From contig MU053513.1 in assembly GCA_013239625.1 (NCBI GenBank), positions 144,370-208,369 of the forward strand: a stretch of 64,000 nt of DNA, read 5' to 3'. The notes below the pieces were generated by a model. The model was not told where the DNA came from. It saw only the letters and a program-made list of their open reading frames with translations, and ran no database searches. Positions 1 to 12,760 of the stretch are shown here, piece by piece. The translations under genes were made by a program, and so were the position numbers. Positions within the stretch are counted from its first letter, which is position 1. Every line of letters begins with the position of its first letter. The stretch comes from Lama guanicoe (taxonomy: Eukaryota).

Positions 1-714
1 TAACCTCTTTGCAATGTTAAGAAACAAAATAAAACAATAAAATATCTTTGTGATTTCAAAATGTTCACAAATAATAGAATTAGATTTCAGACATCTGAGT
101 TCCTAATCAAATATCCATATATTATAAAAAGCAGCTCCCTTATTTTGTATTATAAAAAGCACATAAAGCAAAGTTTATGTGCTTCTCTTGATTCTTCTTT
201 GCAACTTTAATTTTCTATGATATTTGGAGAGTAACATTTTAACATTTTCTTTATGGGTAGAACAGAGTCAAGCCTCTAATGTGTGTCTGCTTGAATTTGA
301 TTACCTAAAGAATAAAATTAAACATGCATTTTCTTCTACTACTTAGTGATGTTTTTCCATTAAATTTGACAAAATTGTCCATTCCTATAATGATTAAATT
401 ACATTTATTTGATCAAAATAATTTTATGAAACTAAGACATTTAAGCTTAAAAATATCTCAAGCATCATTTAAGAAAAGTACTATAATAAACAAACATTAA
501 CTTTTTCTCTAGTATTTCCTGGAAAGATCTTAGGGATCTAAGATAATTGAATATTTGAAGAACAATAGATCCTGCAGAATTATATAGAGTGGGCTCAGAA
601 TAATATCTTCACTTGTATGCAAACACTTAATGTTATGCTGGTAGGCTTCCATTTGGTATGTCAGTTTCAAACAGCCTGAAGCTTTCCAAAAGGATGTAAT
701 GGGAAAAAATCTCT

Positions 715-1590
715 TACTCATATTTTTTTAGTTCATATATTTTGAGCATCATTTTTGGACAACACTGTCCTAGGTTTTAGGAACACAAAGATAAACAGGG
801 TATGATCTCTGTCCTCAAGAACTTTAAAAAGTATTGAGATCAAGGAAATAAAATTAACTAAGGCAAGTCAAATGGAATATTCAGAAGCTGCACGAGTGAC
901 ATGCATGGGGGCAAGAAAAAGAAGTAGACCTCAGAGAACAGGGATCAAGGAAGCTTTAATGTCTAAATAGGCTTATCTGACAGGTTTTAGTAAAACAGTA
1001 GAGAAGGAAACAGAATACACTTGGGAATGATTGAAAATCACAAGCAAAGTCAGAGGGCTACTGACATGCCTGGTAGAAGAGTGCAGGGACAGTGCAAAGA
1101 GAGATGGCACGGGCGGGAAGGAACTGTGATTCAAAGGGAGAGACAGGATTTCAAAATTGTAGAACAGATAAACAAGATTATACTGCATAGCACAGGGAGA
1201 TATACACAAGATCTTACGGTAGCTCACAGAGGAAAAAATGTGACAATGAATATATATATGTTCATGTATAACTGAAAAATTGTGCTCTACACTGGAATTT
1301 GACACAGCATTGTAAAATGGTTATAAATCAATAAAACAACAGCAACAACAACAACAAAGCCAAAGGGAGAGCATGCAAGTCTTTGCAGGTCGCTTGAGGG
1401 AGTCGTTCTGCCCTCCTTAGGCCATGGGGAGTCTCTGCAGGTCATTGAGGAAGGGATGGTGTGATACAATCTATGTTTTGGAAAGCTGGCTCTGCTATGA
1501 CTAGTGAAATAAAAAGAGCCAGATAATTTTAGGGGACTGGATTGGCACTGGGGAAAACACAGACTCGGATGTGGATAAACTGTCACTAGA
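715..1590 (-). mobile_element. L2 (LINE-2) 3' fragment, interrupted by a short L1 insertion
   Basis: Degenerate antisense L2 tail (ttcatatattttgagcatc...aacactgtcctagg...tctctgtcctcaagaactt), resuming after 1371 (ggccatggggagtctctgcaggtcattgagg). Confidence 0.7.
1143..1360 (+). mobile_element. 5'-truncated L1 3'UTR fragment (~215 bp) with target-site duplication
   Basis: Closely similar to 5700-5895 of the L1 below; aataaa plus (AAC)n tail; flanked by caaagggagag at 1132-1142 and 1361-1371. Confidence 0.9.
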
Positions 1591-2656
1591 AGAGATGATC
1601 TTTACATACCGAGTGTTTTTTCTGGAATAAATGATGTCTGCTCAGCAAAAACACATGGGCGATCATCTATACAGATCCACTGCTATGCTCTAAGCGACCC
1701 TATTACCAAGATGATGCTAAATTTTAATGATATATCGTTATAACTGCATTTGTTAGAGGTCAATCTCCCTAAGAGCAGCACACATTTAGAAAATTCGTAA
1801 ATAGCAGAAAATGAGAAAACAGATCTTTAGGAGAGAATGACATCATGATGTGGAGAATAGGAAACTGCAATGAAGGGTAATGATTAGTGTGTAGCAAAAG
1901 GAGAGTGAATGCTTTCTCCTTGCCCTGTGGTGTTCTGTGCCACCTTTTATACACGGAGCTCTCGAAAGCCACTTTCCAGACAGCAGAGCACATGAAATGC
2001 ATTCATGATCTGTAATTTAAAACTACAGTTGTGCGAAATTGCAGTTTAAGCTTGTATGGATCTATACCCATTGAGTTTGAATTAAGATTTACAAATATGT
2101 ATTAGGCTTGATAAGACAGTCATTGAACGAAAAATACAATTTGTGGTATGGAAATGCAGCAAAAATATGAAAATTTAAAAAACGTATGAAATTTTTCTCA
2201 GCAATATGCTGATTAGATCTTAGGCAATGCATATAGCACATTTCAGTAATCAATCGTGGTGTATATTCTGAATGCCATGATTCTAAGCTTCTTAATTTAA
2301 AAATAAATTGGAGGAACTTATTCTGTAAGTAATTACTTCAGAAACACATCATGTCCTAACAAAACTCATTCATAGTCAAGAGACTAATAAAACAAATCGA
2401 CCTTTAAGTTCTTGGTTTTAAGTGGCTATGGCTGAAAATCTCAGGTTAAAGCAACACATTTTTTTTGCCATAATTGTGAATATCTTCAAGCAAAAGACAG
2501 TTCTAGAATTAATCTAAAATTCATGCAAAGGAGAGGCCAAAGAGCAAGGTAAAAAGGTTAAAAAAAATACACCATCATGTTTATTAATACCAGACTCATA
2601 TGATCCTATAATGGGCTAAGCCCAGACCCATACTCGGAGCAGGAATTAGCTCAGAA

Positions 2657-2786
2657 ACGCTGTTTCTCAGCCCATACGTTACAATTGACACGCACAACCA
2701 TCATCTCTAGACGATCTCATTTAGTAGGTCTATTTTTGAAATATCCACAGGTCATTGTAATGTACAGTCATGGTTGAGAACCGCTG
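2657..2786. mobile_element. MER5-type hAT-Charlie MITE remnant
   Basis: Ends ggtcattgtaatgtacagtcatggttgagaaccgctg, resembling the MER5 terminus; degenerate left TIR cgctgtttctcag. Confidence 0.65.
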
Positions 2787-3019
2787 CTTTCCCACAAAAT
2801 ACTAACCAAGATGAAGCACACGACATTGCAATTTGGGGATAATTTTTATTCCAGGAAACATCTTTCTATTAAGTTATGATCTGGGTTCTTATAACTTTCA
2901 TCCATTGAAGTTACATCAGCGCTTCTTTCTTTTGAAAAGCATTTCCTTGTTTGTCACTTATTTTATTTTCTAATAAAGTATAAGTTAAACAGCAGGGGGG
3001 CTGTTTGAATTAGTTTTTA

Positions 3020-3225
3020 TCACTATCAATATGGCTAATATTTAATATGGGTTTGCTATGAAGCTGACACTAATTTTAACTTTTTATCTGGTCTAGGAGA
3101 TAGATATCATTATTATCTCCATTTTAAATATGAAAAAGTTGAAATAGAGCAGGTTTTAAGACATGCTTCAAATTGCATGACTAGAGAGTCCAGTAAGTGG
3201 GGATCTAATCCAAGCCTCGGTTTCG
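3020..3225 (-). mobile_element. MIR SINE
   Basis: tattatctccattttaaatatgaaaaagttga... resembles the antisense MIR core. Confidence 0.7.
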
Positions 3226-3487
3226 CAACCATTATCCTCCACCTGTCTCCTCACCGCCTCCTAACCGCCCTCGTTGGTTATCCTCACAGCGGAATGACAG
3301 GGCTCAGTCCTAAGCAGCTAGTCTTTTTTATCTATACTTTTCTCTCTAGGAAACTCATTCGATACTGTGACATTAAATCTACCTGCACTTTTTATACTGT
3401 CAGACATTCAAAAAATGTCTATCTGGAGCGCCAACCTTTCCTCTTGAACACTAGACAGGTGGGTCCGAACATCGCTATCAGGATCCC

Positions 3488-3975
3488 CGTATCAGTCAGA
3501 TTCCTGCAGGAGACAAATTAAAAATTACAGTTGGACACTTGGAGGGAAGTTTAATCGGGGTACAACCTTAAAGACCTGAGTAACGTCTTAAGGACACCAC
3601 ACGGGAGAGTGCAGGGCACTGTGCTAGGCTTGGAGGGGAAAAGGGAGGGAGAGGTTACTGGAACCCAGAGACGGAGAGCCAGGGTGGAGACGGAGAGCCA
3701 GGGTGGAGACGGCTGCTTTGTAGGACCACGACCTTAGTTCGTGGGAGGTCACGGGAGGGGATAACCCACGGGGCCCCTGTGGAGAGGGCGCTCAGGGAAT
3801 ACAGACTTCAACTTCATTCTCCTCCCTCCAGCCTTTTGATGATGCTCTCTCTTTGCTAAACTCTACTAGAAGCTGGAAAGTAAGAGAGGTGTAGATATTA
3901 TTCCCAAAATTGGCCTCCCCGGGGCACAAAGCAGGATGGAGAAGGGTAAGTGTGAGTGTGAACCAGTTCTATGTT
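3488..3975 (-). mobile_element. ERVL solo LTR, LTR33-like
   Basis: gtatcagtcagattcctgcaggagaca...gggagggagaggttactggaacccagag...gcctccccggggcacaaagcaggatggagaaggg matches recalled LTR33 consensus. Confidence 0.75.
3668..3712. repeat. 19-bp tandem duplication (gagacggagagccagggtg x ~2.4)
   Basis: Directly visible perfect repeat inside the LTR33-like element. Confidence 0.9.
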
Positions 3976-3984
3976 TGCAGAACG

Positions 3985-4700
3985 AGAGCATTCCAGGGGA
4001 CAGCATACGGAAGAGCCACAAGAAGAAAGCCCGCAGGCCAGTAAGTAGTTCAATATATCTGGAATAAAAGATTCAGAGTGACAACTTATGAAGTGGAAGA
4101 AATAAACAGCTGCCAGATTATTTAAAATCTTTTAAACTAAATTAAGGACTTTGGATTTTGAATTTTAGAGCAGAAGGGTGTCATGCTAATATTTACGTTA
4201 TAGAAGCCACATTCTGGCTTCTGGCTGCAGTCTAGATTACACAGAGAGCAGGACTTGAAACCAAAGGACCAGTTAAGGGACTGGCCGTCAGACAGCCAGG
4301 CCGCAGTGTGATGGGGTAGAAATAGAAAGGCAGATTGATGAGAGATTTAAAAGGTAGATTTTGCTGAGATTTGGTGATTATTTAGATGCTGAAGGTAAGG
4401 GAAAAAGAGAAGTCAAGGATGAAGCCGAAATTTCTGGCATGTATCATTTAGAAGATGCAGTACCATTGCCAGTGAAAGGAAAGAGACCTGAGAGAAATGA
4501 GGAAGAAAATGATGGGTGAGGTTTTGCACGTATTTAAGACATTAAGTTCAAGATGCCTGTGGAACATTTTAGTAGACATGTCCAGTAGAGCGGTGGGTAT
4601 GTAGTCTCAGCCCACAGGAGAGAACAGCAATCTAGATGTCACTTTTTGGCACATTAATACTTGTTAAAGAAGTGAAATGGATGAGGGAGTTAGGTGACTT
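3985..4700 (-). mobile_element. L2 fragment
   Basis: ttaaggactttggattttg; agagaagtcaaggatgaagccgaaatttctggc; agttcaagatgcctgtggaacat are antisense L2 hallmarks. Confidence 0.7.
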
Positions 4701-4776
4701 AGCAGGAAAAAAAAATCTTAGGTATAACTGAGTTAATGCTCACATGTGTTTCAATACACTCAGCTAATAACAAGCA

Positions 4777-5577
4777 AGAATAAACAAATGGGACCTAATG
4801 AAACTTACAAGCTTCTGCAGAGCAAAGGAAACCAGAAACAAAACAAGAAGAAAACCTACGGAATGGGAGAACATTTTTGCAAGTGAAACCGACAAAGGCT
4901 TGATCTCCAGAATATATAAGCAGCTCATATGACTCAATAAGAAAAAAATAAACAACCCAATCCAAAAATGGGCAGAAGACCTAAACAAGCAATTCTCCAA
5001 GGAAGACATACAAATGATCAAAAAGCACATGAAAAAATGCTCAATATCACTAATTATCAGAGAAATGCAAATCAAAACTACAATGAGGTATCACCTCACA
5101 CCAGTCAGAATGGCCGTCATTCAAAAATCCAAAAATGACAAATGCTGGAGAGGCTGTGGAGAAAGGGGAACCCTCCTACACTGCTGGTGGGAATGCAGTT
5201 TGGTGCAGCCACTATGGAAAACAGTGTGGAGATTCCTCAAAAGACTAGGAATAGACTTACCATATGACCCAGGAATCCCACTCCTGGGCTTGTATCCAGA
5301 AGGAAATCTACTTCAGGATGACACCTGCACCCCAATGTTCATAGCAGCACTATTTACAATAGCCAAAACATGGAAACAGCCTAAATGTCCATCAACAGGT
5401 GACTGGATAAAGAAGAGGTGGTATATTTATACAATGGAATACTACTCAGCCATAAAAACCGACAACATAATGCCATTTGCAGCAACATGGATGCTCCTGG
5501 AGAATGTCATTCTAAGTGAAGTAAGCCAGAAAGAGAAAGAAAAATACCATATGAGATTGCTCATATGTGGAATCTAA
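4777..5577 (+). pseudogene. L1 ORF2p C-terminal remnant including the cysteine-rich CCHC motif
   Basis: [13 protein letters not shown]...[11 protein letters not shown]...[19 protein letters not shown]...[10 protein letters not shown]; one in-frame TGA at 4930-4932; no EN/RT domains. Confidence 0.95.
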
Positions 5578-5908
5578 AAAACAAAAACAAAAACAAACAA
5601 ACAAACAAAAACAAAGCATAAATACAGGACAGAAATAGACTCACAGACAGAGAATACAGACTTGTGGTTACCAGGGGGGTGGAGGGTGGGAAGGGATAGA
5701 CTGGGATGTCAAAATTTTAGAATAGATAAACAAGATTGCACTGTATAGCACAGGGAAATATAAACAAAATGTTATGATAAATCACAGAGAAAAAAATGTG
5801 ACAATGAGTGTGTATATGTCCATGAATGACTGAAAAATTGTGCTGAACACTGGAATTTGACACAACATTGTAAAAAGATTATAAATCAATAAAAAATGTT
5901 AAAAAAAA
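4777..5908 (+). mobile_element. Young 5'-truncated LINE-1 (ORF2 3' end, 3'UTR, poly-A)
   Basis: ORF2 C-terminal frame, G-rich 3'UTR, aataaa and A-tail; candidate TSD aacaagca at 4769-4776 and 5909-5916. Confidence 0.95.
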
Positions 5909-7711
5909 AACAAGCATAAGAATTTTGATTAAAAAAAGATATTTAATGCCAATAGTAAAAGATTGGTTGTTTCTAAAGCCTGTCTTACCATTCTAATTAA
6001 CTTCTGCGGGTACTCCTTTATCAAAGTTTGCTGATTGGATGTTTTATGGAGTAAAAGCTTTTTAACCAAGTTGTAGAGAAAACACTCTTGCAAAGTTCTT
6101 GAGAAAGAAAATTCCAGGTAGCCCAATAGCATGACAGACTTTGAGTTTTAGAATCGGAGTGGACATTCAAGGTCACGTGGTGGTCTCCGAAGTCGCGCCT
6201 ATTAGATTAGAAAGCAAAAGACCAGGTAGTGATACCAACGGGTGAATCATCCCCAAACAAATCATAACGAGAGGACTTATTTAGTTAGGATAAGTAATGA
6301 CAAGTATATGTACGGGCTAATCAAGTATTTTCACATAGAACGATGTCTCCGGTGGAAGGTTGATGGGAATTGCGCGGGAAGGGGGAAAGTAAACGACAGA
6401 GAGGATGCACTCAAGATCAGACCCTGATTAACAACACACGATGATCCAAGCCTCAAAATGTCAATCTCCTGTGCTCCCTCGAAACTCCATAAAATACAAA
6501 CATATTGATATTCAAGGGCTGAAATACGGGAAGCTGCTAAAAACACGGATGCTGAAATGGCTAACATTTCATCAAAGGCAAAAAAAGCTCACTTCCTTCA
6601 CGGCAACTGAACCAAACCCAGAAAGAAGCAGATGTTTCCCTTTAGCAAACTTTCAAAGCAGCGGGAATGTGCATTCAGTCAGGTAACTGGCAGGGCCTCA
6701 GGACCCATTTCTAAGTGGCTGTGAGAGTTGAGAGAATGTCCTTGAAGACCTGTGCTCTGGTTAAAATGGAAGTGGAGGCTTTGGCAGACGGAGCTTTCGG
6801 CTGCCTGCCAGCAACTTTGAAAAGTATGACAGCTCAGGGCTGCCCAGATAGTTCTTTGGCTGCACCTCTGGTTGGAAGACATGATTCTGAAAGAACTCCA
6901 TGCAGGAATTCCATTTGGCGCAGGCTCACTTTTTGGCAAGGATGTGGAAAGTCTTCTTGAATAAGCACTGAAGAATAAATTGTGTCTGCCTCGGGAGAAA
7001 ACTTCTGGGGGAGAGAAAAAGTATTAGGAAGCAGCTCATACAGAGGCAGAAAGTTTTCACTCAGACTGGCAAGAGACGCTAGAAATTGGCGATCAGTAAA
7101 AATGACCCGATTGCAAGAAAAAAAAAAACAAAAAAATTGGGAAGTTCTTCAAAAGATCCAGAAAAAAGGGAGCTGGCCCGGCTGCTCAGTCACTGCTCTT
7201 CACGAGGGAACCGAATAATAAAGATCATATGTGAGTCAGAAATGGGAACATGTAATTTTAATTCAAGAAAACTTTTACCTAAAATATCAAAAGTGTTTTG
7301 CATTATGTAAAACAGATTTTACAACGTAGAAATCTTGGCACCACACTAACTGTGAGTTCATAAAATGCTGACCTGAATTTGCAGACCTGGGTGCCTCTAT
7401 GACATACTGTCTGAAGTCTGTCGGGGGACCGGCCACATCTGAGTTATTCACATGAAATCGGACACGGAGCACACAGTGTGGAGCTTGCAGGTACTCTCAC
7501 GGTGCCTAAAGGGTCTGCACGCCACCCCTGGAGGGAAAACTGTCATCAGGTCTTAAACTCCATCAGCTCATACACAGCTTCTGACGTGGAAAAGCAGTAT
7601 AGTGTTTTGCCACTGGTTGATAAGGTCATATTGACTGTTTTTCCCTTTCTTAAAATATGTAATCATGACTGCTTGAGTCCTGTGAGAGAAAGATTGTTTT
7701 CCCTCAATTTA

Positions 7712-7845
7712 CTTGTTGCCAAGTAAATTATAGGACCCCAGTTTAATTCGAATTTCAGATAAAGAGCCACTAATTGTGTGTGTGTGTGTGTGTGTATTCA
7801 AATGTAACTAAGGGTCCTATATTTTATTTGCTAAATCAGGAAGCA
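7712..7845. mobile_element. MER53-like hAT MITE, internally deleted, containing (TG)n
   Basis: gttgccaagtaaattataggaccccagtttaattcgaatttcagataaa ... attttatttgctaaatcagg; same family as 50577-50765. Confidence 0.75.
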
Positions 7846-10089
7846 AAGTTTAGGGAAAGTCTTATTAGTGAGGGGGATCTCTTCATGAGTGTCTATTGCT
7901 ATTAAAGGTATTCATTCACTTGGATAGAGTCCAGCACAGGTAAACCTAAAAGCACGTTTCACTCTGTACAAAATATTGATAGCAAAGTTCATCTCCAAGC
8001 CTCTACCTGGTCTGTGAGCTTAATTATTTTTGAAGAAAATGTTTTTCAACTTGGCTTCCAGTAAGGGCACTGAGGAGATGGCCAAAATATACGCTTAATG
8101 CAAATAAGGGGCAAGACGAGAGGAAAAGACAGAGGGAGAAGAATGCACATTTTTGGTGATTAAGAGCCTATACTTCAGAGAAATCTATGAGGTTCAGTAC
8201 CAGTCCTGCCAATTATCTACCCGTGTAAGTTTGTCTAACTTAAATAAAAGGAGACCATTGCTGAGTAGGGTCTCTGGCATATAGCAGGTATGCACACTAC
8301 AAGCGTGTATACATATGTATGTATCTGTGTCCCGTCATGGTTTTACACTATTTTATGAGAAACTTGAGAGTTTAGTCCATATTTTCTTTCTAGAACCATG
8401 CTCAAAGTACCAATGCTTTAAACTGATGTCAGGAAAGAGAGACATTTGATAGTAATTCAATGAAAGAATCAAGGTCCAAAATGTAATTACAATTTAAAAA
8501 TTAAGTAGACTGCTCCTGCTCTGCCTTTTTAGAAAATGCTTAATCAAAAGGCAGCTTTACCCAGTTACTTGAGGATATTTGACTTCCATGGATAATTGCC
8601 TCATGTCAACTCAGAGGACACATATTTTCAGGCAGCAGTTTTGAGAAACAACACCACGGAGCATTAAAGCCTCGCTTGTGAGAGCCGTCCTCTTCGAGTT
8701 CAGTGTAGTGGGTGTAGAAGATGACTTGGCTCAGAAGATTAAGCCTGTGAGGTTATCTGTTAGCATCCTTGACTGTAGCGACATCACAAAGTGATGTGAT
8801 TACCACGAATTTCCGAACAAAATGTATTTTAAGCATCTTATTTTGATTGGGTCTGAAAATAGTTTCTAAGTGAATGCTTCTCTTTTGCCCACTGTTTCTG
8901 CTAGAGTATGACTATCTTAGAGTCAAGGTTTAGAGATATTTTATCTCTAGGTTATCAGGGCCTTACACAATATACAATGGGCAAAAAGAGTAAACTGAGG
9001 AAAATATAAATTAATGAATAAAATCATTAAGGGGACAATAAAGGAAAGTCAGGATTCAGCAACTAGGGTAAAACACATGTAGTTCATAAAAATTCTGTGA
9101 CTGGCTCAGCTGAAAATACTGGTCTCTCTTTTTTCTGCTTGCCTTGAAAGCTGTTAGGCACAATTTTTCCAATTATTTCTAAAGGAGTTAATCTTTTTGT
9201 CCAAGCATATCCCTGACAAAAATGCGCAATGAAAGTGACTAAACATACTGAATAATTAAACAAGGAAAAAATGGATTTTCCGTTAGAGTCATTAACTTAT
9301 ATTTGAATGCTAGATTTAATATGTATCAACTTTTCTCAAATAATGAGTTAACTTGTAACAGCTGAGATATACAATATATATAAAAGCAAAAAGCTTCCAA
9401 CATTTCTTACACAGTTGAAATATTTGTCCTGAAATTGTAAGGTTGTGGGTAAAACAGCATATTCTTTTCTGATCCATAGGATAAGATAATAATAATATCT
9501 ACTTTGTGGTGTAAAAAGAATTTACATCCAAAGCGCTTAGAAGAGGTATGCACAGTGTTGGTGCTATGTTGACTCACATTATCATGTCAAACAAGCCAGG
9601 TCTGTAGGCTGAATACATATGAAGAAGGATTAGTATTATCATCAAGGAAAAAAATAACTTTAGCAAAGGTAGATGATAGCCATGAATGAAAATTGCCACT
9701 GAGTTAAGTAATAATTAATTCATTAATGGGTTGTTTATTTGCTTCAAATCAAACAGTTCTCAGGACAGCCAAGGAAAGGAAACCGGAAGCAGTATACGAT
9801 AGGAAGTTGTCTTGAAGCCATGCCCAAAGGAAACACCATTAGGATTTTCCAAGTAAAAGCATGTTTCCTTGTGACAGGAGGTGTCTAGAAGCATTCAGGC
9901 ATACATGGCTAACACGAGCCTAAACTGTCCTATGTTTAGCAATATTTAGTGGGAATTTGAAGTCAGAAGCTACAGGGAAGGTAGCAAGATAGTGCCCATC
10001 CTTTCCAATTCCATCTCCTAGAAATAAAGGGACTGAGAATGATGAACTCCTTTCCCTGATTCTGTTAGGTCAGTCTCTTTATCCCTTAT

Positions 10090-10225
10090 TGCCGTCACGT
10101 TCAGTGCAGTCACCACCAGCCACATGTGGTCATTGAAATATAAGTAAATTAAATTTAGATATAGTTAAGCATTAACACCCTCATTTGCAGTAGCCACATT
10201 TTAAGTGATCATGAGTTTGGACAGC
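10090..10225. mobile_element. MER3/MER33-like hAT-Charlie fragment
   Basis: caccaccagccacatgtggtcatt...tagccacattttaagtg. Confidence 0.65.
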
Positions 10226-11289
10226 CTCAAGAGTCTTCAAGGGGTCTGCGATCAGCTTCCTTCACCTTTTCCCCCTAATAAATGAAATATGGCTCCATGA
10301 ATGTGGCCCGATTCTCCTCCATCTGTCTCTCCTCTCCCTCAAAGAGGTCGCCTAGGTAAAGTAACACGGAACAAAACTGAAGTCTTCACATTGTCTGAAA
10401 TCAAACTGGATCAAAGAATGACCTTGGAGAGGCAAAAATGAATGTGCAGGCCACGAAGGAGGTGAGCTGGGGTGTGCTGTCAGGTTATCAAGGCTTCGAG
10501 TAACTCATTTGTTTGTATCATCTGCTGCCTAATTCACCAGAAATAAAAACACACATAATAATGAAATGGGAGCTGATATTGGTGGTGGTCAAGAAGCAAG
10601 GTGGGTTCATCATGAAAAAGGGAAGGAAGGTAAAAGAAGCCAGGAAATACCACACGAATTGAGGGAGGAAAGAGAAACAGCCACTACTTCACAATTTTGA
10701 CAAAAGCAGACTGTTTGGTTAATAATAACAACCAGGAGAAAAGCAGATTTTCAACAAAAGTGCTTTATGTGGACAAAATCTACTGAGCTAAGTGCACCTC
10801 AAATCCCCCCAGCATAAAAGCTCAGGAGCAAACATTTTTTAATACTGACTCCTTGAGTGTATACAATACTTCCCTTCATGCAGAAGCCAAGTGCAATTGT
10901 AATAATTTAGCTCTTGTCAATCTGTTTCACTCTTTGCATCATTATGCCTAGAATAGCAAGGTGAGATCTAGGCAAATTGGTTTGGGAACAGGGAGCTGGC
11001 TCTGTGAAAATCGTACTGAAATGCAGACAGTTGAAGGATATTATCTCAGGGTCTAACTGTGCCAAAAAAGGTTTATGCAGGATTTTGTTTTCCCCTTCTT
11101 GAAATTTGAAAACTGAGTGAGAGAAGAAATTGAGTGATTGGATAGCGATACTTACCAGGATGTGGTCATTATATTTATCAGTGCCATATGACAATCAGAA
11201 CCTTTGGAAATATGGAATGATTCAAGTTCATAAGTACAGAAATGACACAATGCTGTAGAAGAGTTGGATTTGGTTTTGACAGTGGTGAA

Positions 11290-11660
11290 CAGAACAAATT
11301 GTCACGGAATGAGGGAGACTCACAATATAAAATAAATACGTAATATATTTGAAGTTGTATCATTAAGTGCTCTGTTGAAAAGTTAAAGTAGAGTGAGGGA
11401 TAATGAATGATGGGGGCTGGTGTTTTAGATGAGATAGAGAGGGAAGGTCTTTTATCAGGGGGACCTTTGAGAAAGGGCTTAACTGGAGCAAAAGAGCAAG
11501 CCATTCGATTTCCTGGAAAACTAGCTTTCCAGAGAGAGAAAAGATATCAAGTGCAAAGGGTTTGAAGCAACTAAGTGCTCTGAAGAGTTGGTGAAATTGC
11601 AGGCGGTCCAGCATGGATGATGGACTGAAGCGAGGGAAAGTGCATGACAAAGTGAACTTA
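11290..11660 (-). mobile_element. L2 fragment
   Basis: gcaagccattcgatttcctggaaaactagctttccagagagagaaaagatatcaagtgcaaagg. Confidence 0.7.
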
Positions 11661-11704
11661 CCCAGGCAAGGACCTACTGATGGGGGTGTGTGTATTTTTT
11701 TAAA

Positions 11705-12530
11705 TATATAATTAGAAACTGATCATTTCTCAGCACCATCACTGCTCCCACACCGACTGAAGACACCACCCTTGCTTGCTCGGCTGAATTATTTCAGCAA
11801 CCATCTAACTGCTTCTAACTTGCTACTTTAAACCCCTTGTCTTCCTCTTGTCAATCTGTATTTACTCACCCACCAGAGTGATCCTTTACCAAAGTAATTC
11901 CATCAAGACGACACTGTTTAAGACCTCCATCAATTTTTTTTTTTTTAAGTTCTGGGTGGGTGGGTATAGCTCAGTGGTAGAGCACATGCTTAGCATGCAC
12001 GAGGTCCTGTGTTCAGCCCCAGTACCTCCATTAAAAAAAAAAATTGAAAAATGAAAATACCAAAGTTATTTTCCTAGATATTCTTATCACAGTCTGCCCC
12101 TCTTTCCTTATCTCCTATTCAGCTCTTCTGCACTCACTCTGGTCCAAATACACTGTCTTCCTTGATGCTCCTCAAAACTACCAAGCATGGCCCCACCTCA
12201 GGTCCTTGGCCTTGAGTCTTAGAACAGACTCTCCTCAGACACCCCAGACACCCCAGACCCCAAAGCATACCCTCCTTTTTATTCAAGTCTCTGCTCTCAT
12301 TTTATCTCAGCAGAGAGAATGTCCATCCAGCCCACCCCCTCCTGTCAGTTTCCAGTCACTGCCTCCACTTGACTTTTCATTTACTTTTCCATTTTCTGTC
12401 TCTCTCTACCAGAATAAAAATTTCCTGAGAGCAAGTTTTTGTTTTATTCATTATCTATTGGTAAAACGTGGAACTCTACCTGGCACATTGGAGTTGACTA
12501 GCAACTTAAAACATTTTTTTTTTAATAAAT
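11705..12530 (+). mobile_element. L2 fragment hosting a tRNA-derived SINE
   Basis: caccagagtgatccttt; cccacctcaggtccttggcc; cctggcacatt ... aataaatga. Confidence 0.7.
11957..12043 (+). mobile_element. Short tRNA-Ala-derived SINE (camelid Vic-1-like)
   Basis: gggtatagctcagtggtagagcacatgcttagcatgcacgaggtcctgtgttcagccccagtacctcca plus A-tail; A box tagctcagtgg, degenerate B box, AGC anticodon loop. Confidence 0.9.
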
Positions 12531-12559
12531 GAGAAACTGAGAATTGTAGCAAGTCAGTT

Positions 12560-12760
12560 TGCTGACAAATTGGAACTTGAGCATGAAAATGATGGAGGGG
12601 CCAAGGATGACTCTAAGGTTTTCATCCTTAGAAACAGAGCGAATGGTGGCTTCATTCACTGAGACGGAGATCAGGGCAGAGAAGGAGAGTGGAGGAAAAA
12701 ATAGGTGTTCTGGTTGCAAATGTTGGCTTTCATTGTTTGAGTTTAGTTTTTTAGACTCAT
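12560..12760 (-). mobile_element. L2 fragment
   Basis: ggaggggccaaggatgactctaaggttttc...gaatggtggcttcattcactgagacgg. Confidence 0.7.

Noticed and set aside
5920..7330. Cluster of short ORFs after the L1 tail (possible endogenous viral element, retrocopy or 3' transduction)
   Set aside because: The frames I read and the supplied ORFs show frequent stops and no recognisable homology; the L1 TSD closes at 5916. A BLASTx search would be needed to exclude a remote match
11957..12030. Functional tRNA-Ala(AGC) gene
   Set aside because: Acceptor and T-arm mismatches, degenerate B box, A-tail instead of an oligo-T terminator; it is a SINE copy
12044..12532. 162-aa ORF
   Set aside because: Lies in pyrimidine-rich L2 3' sequence with no recognisable protein features
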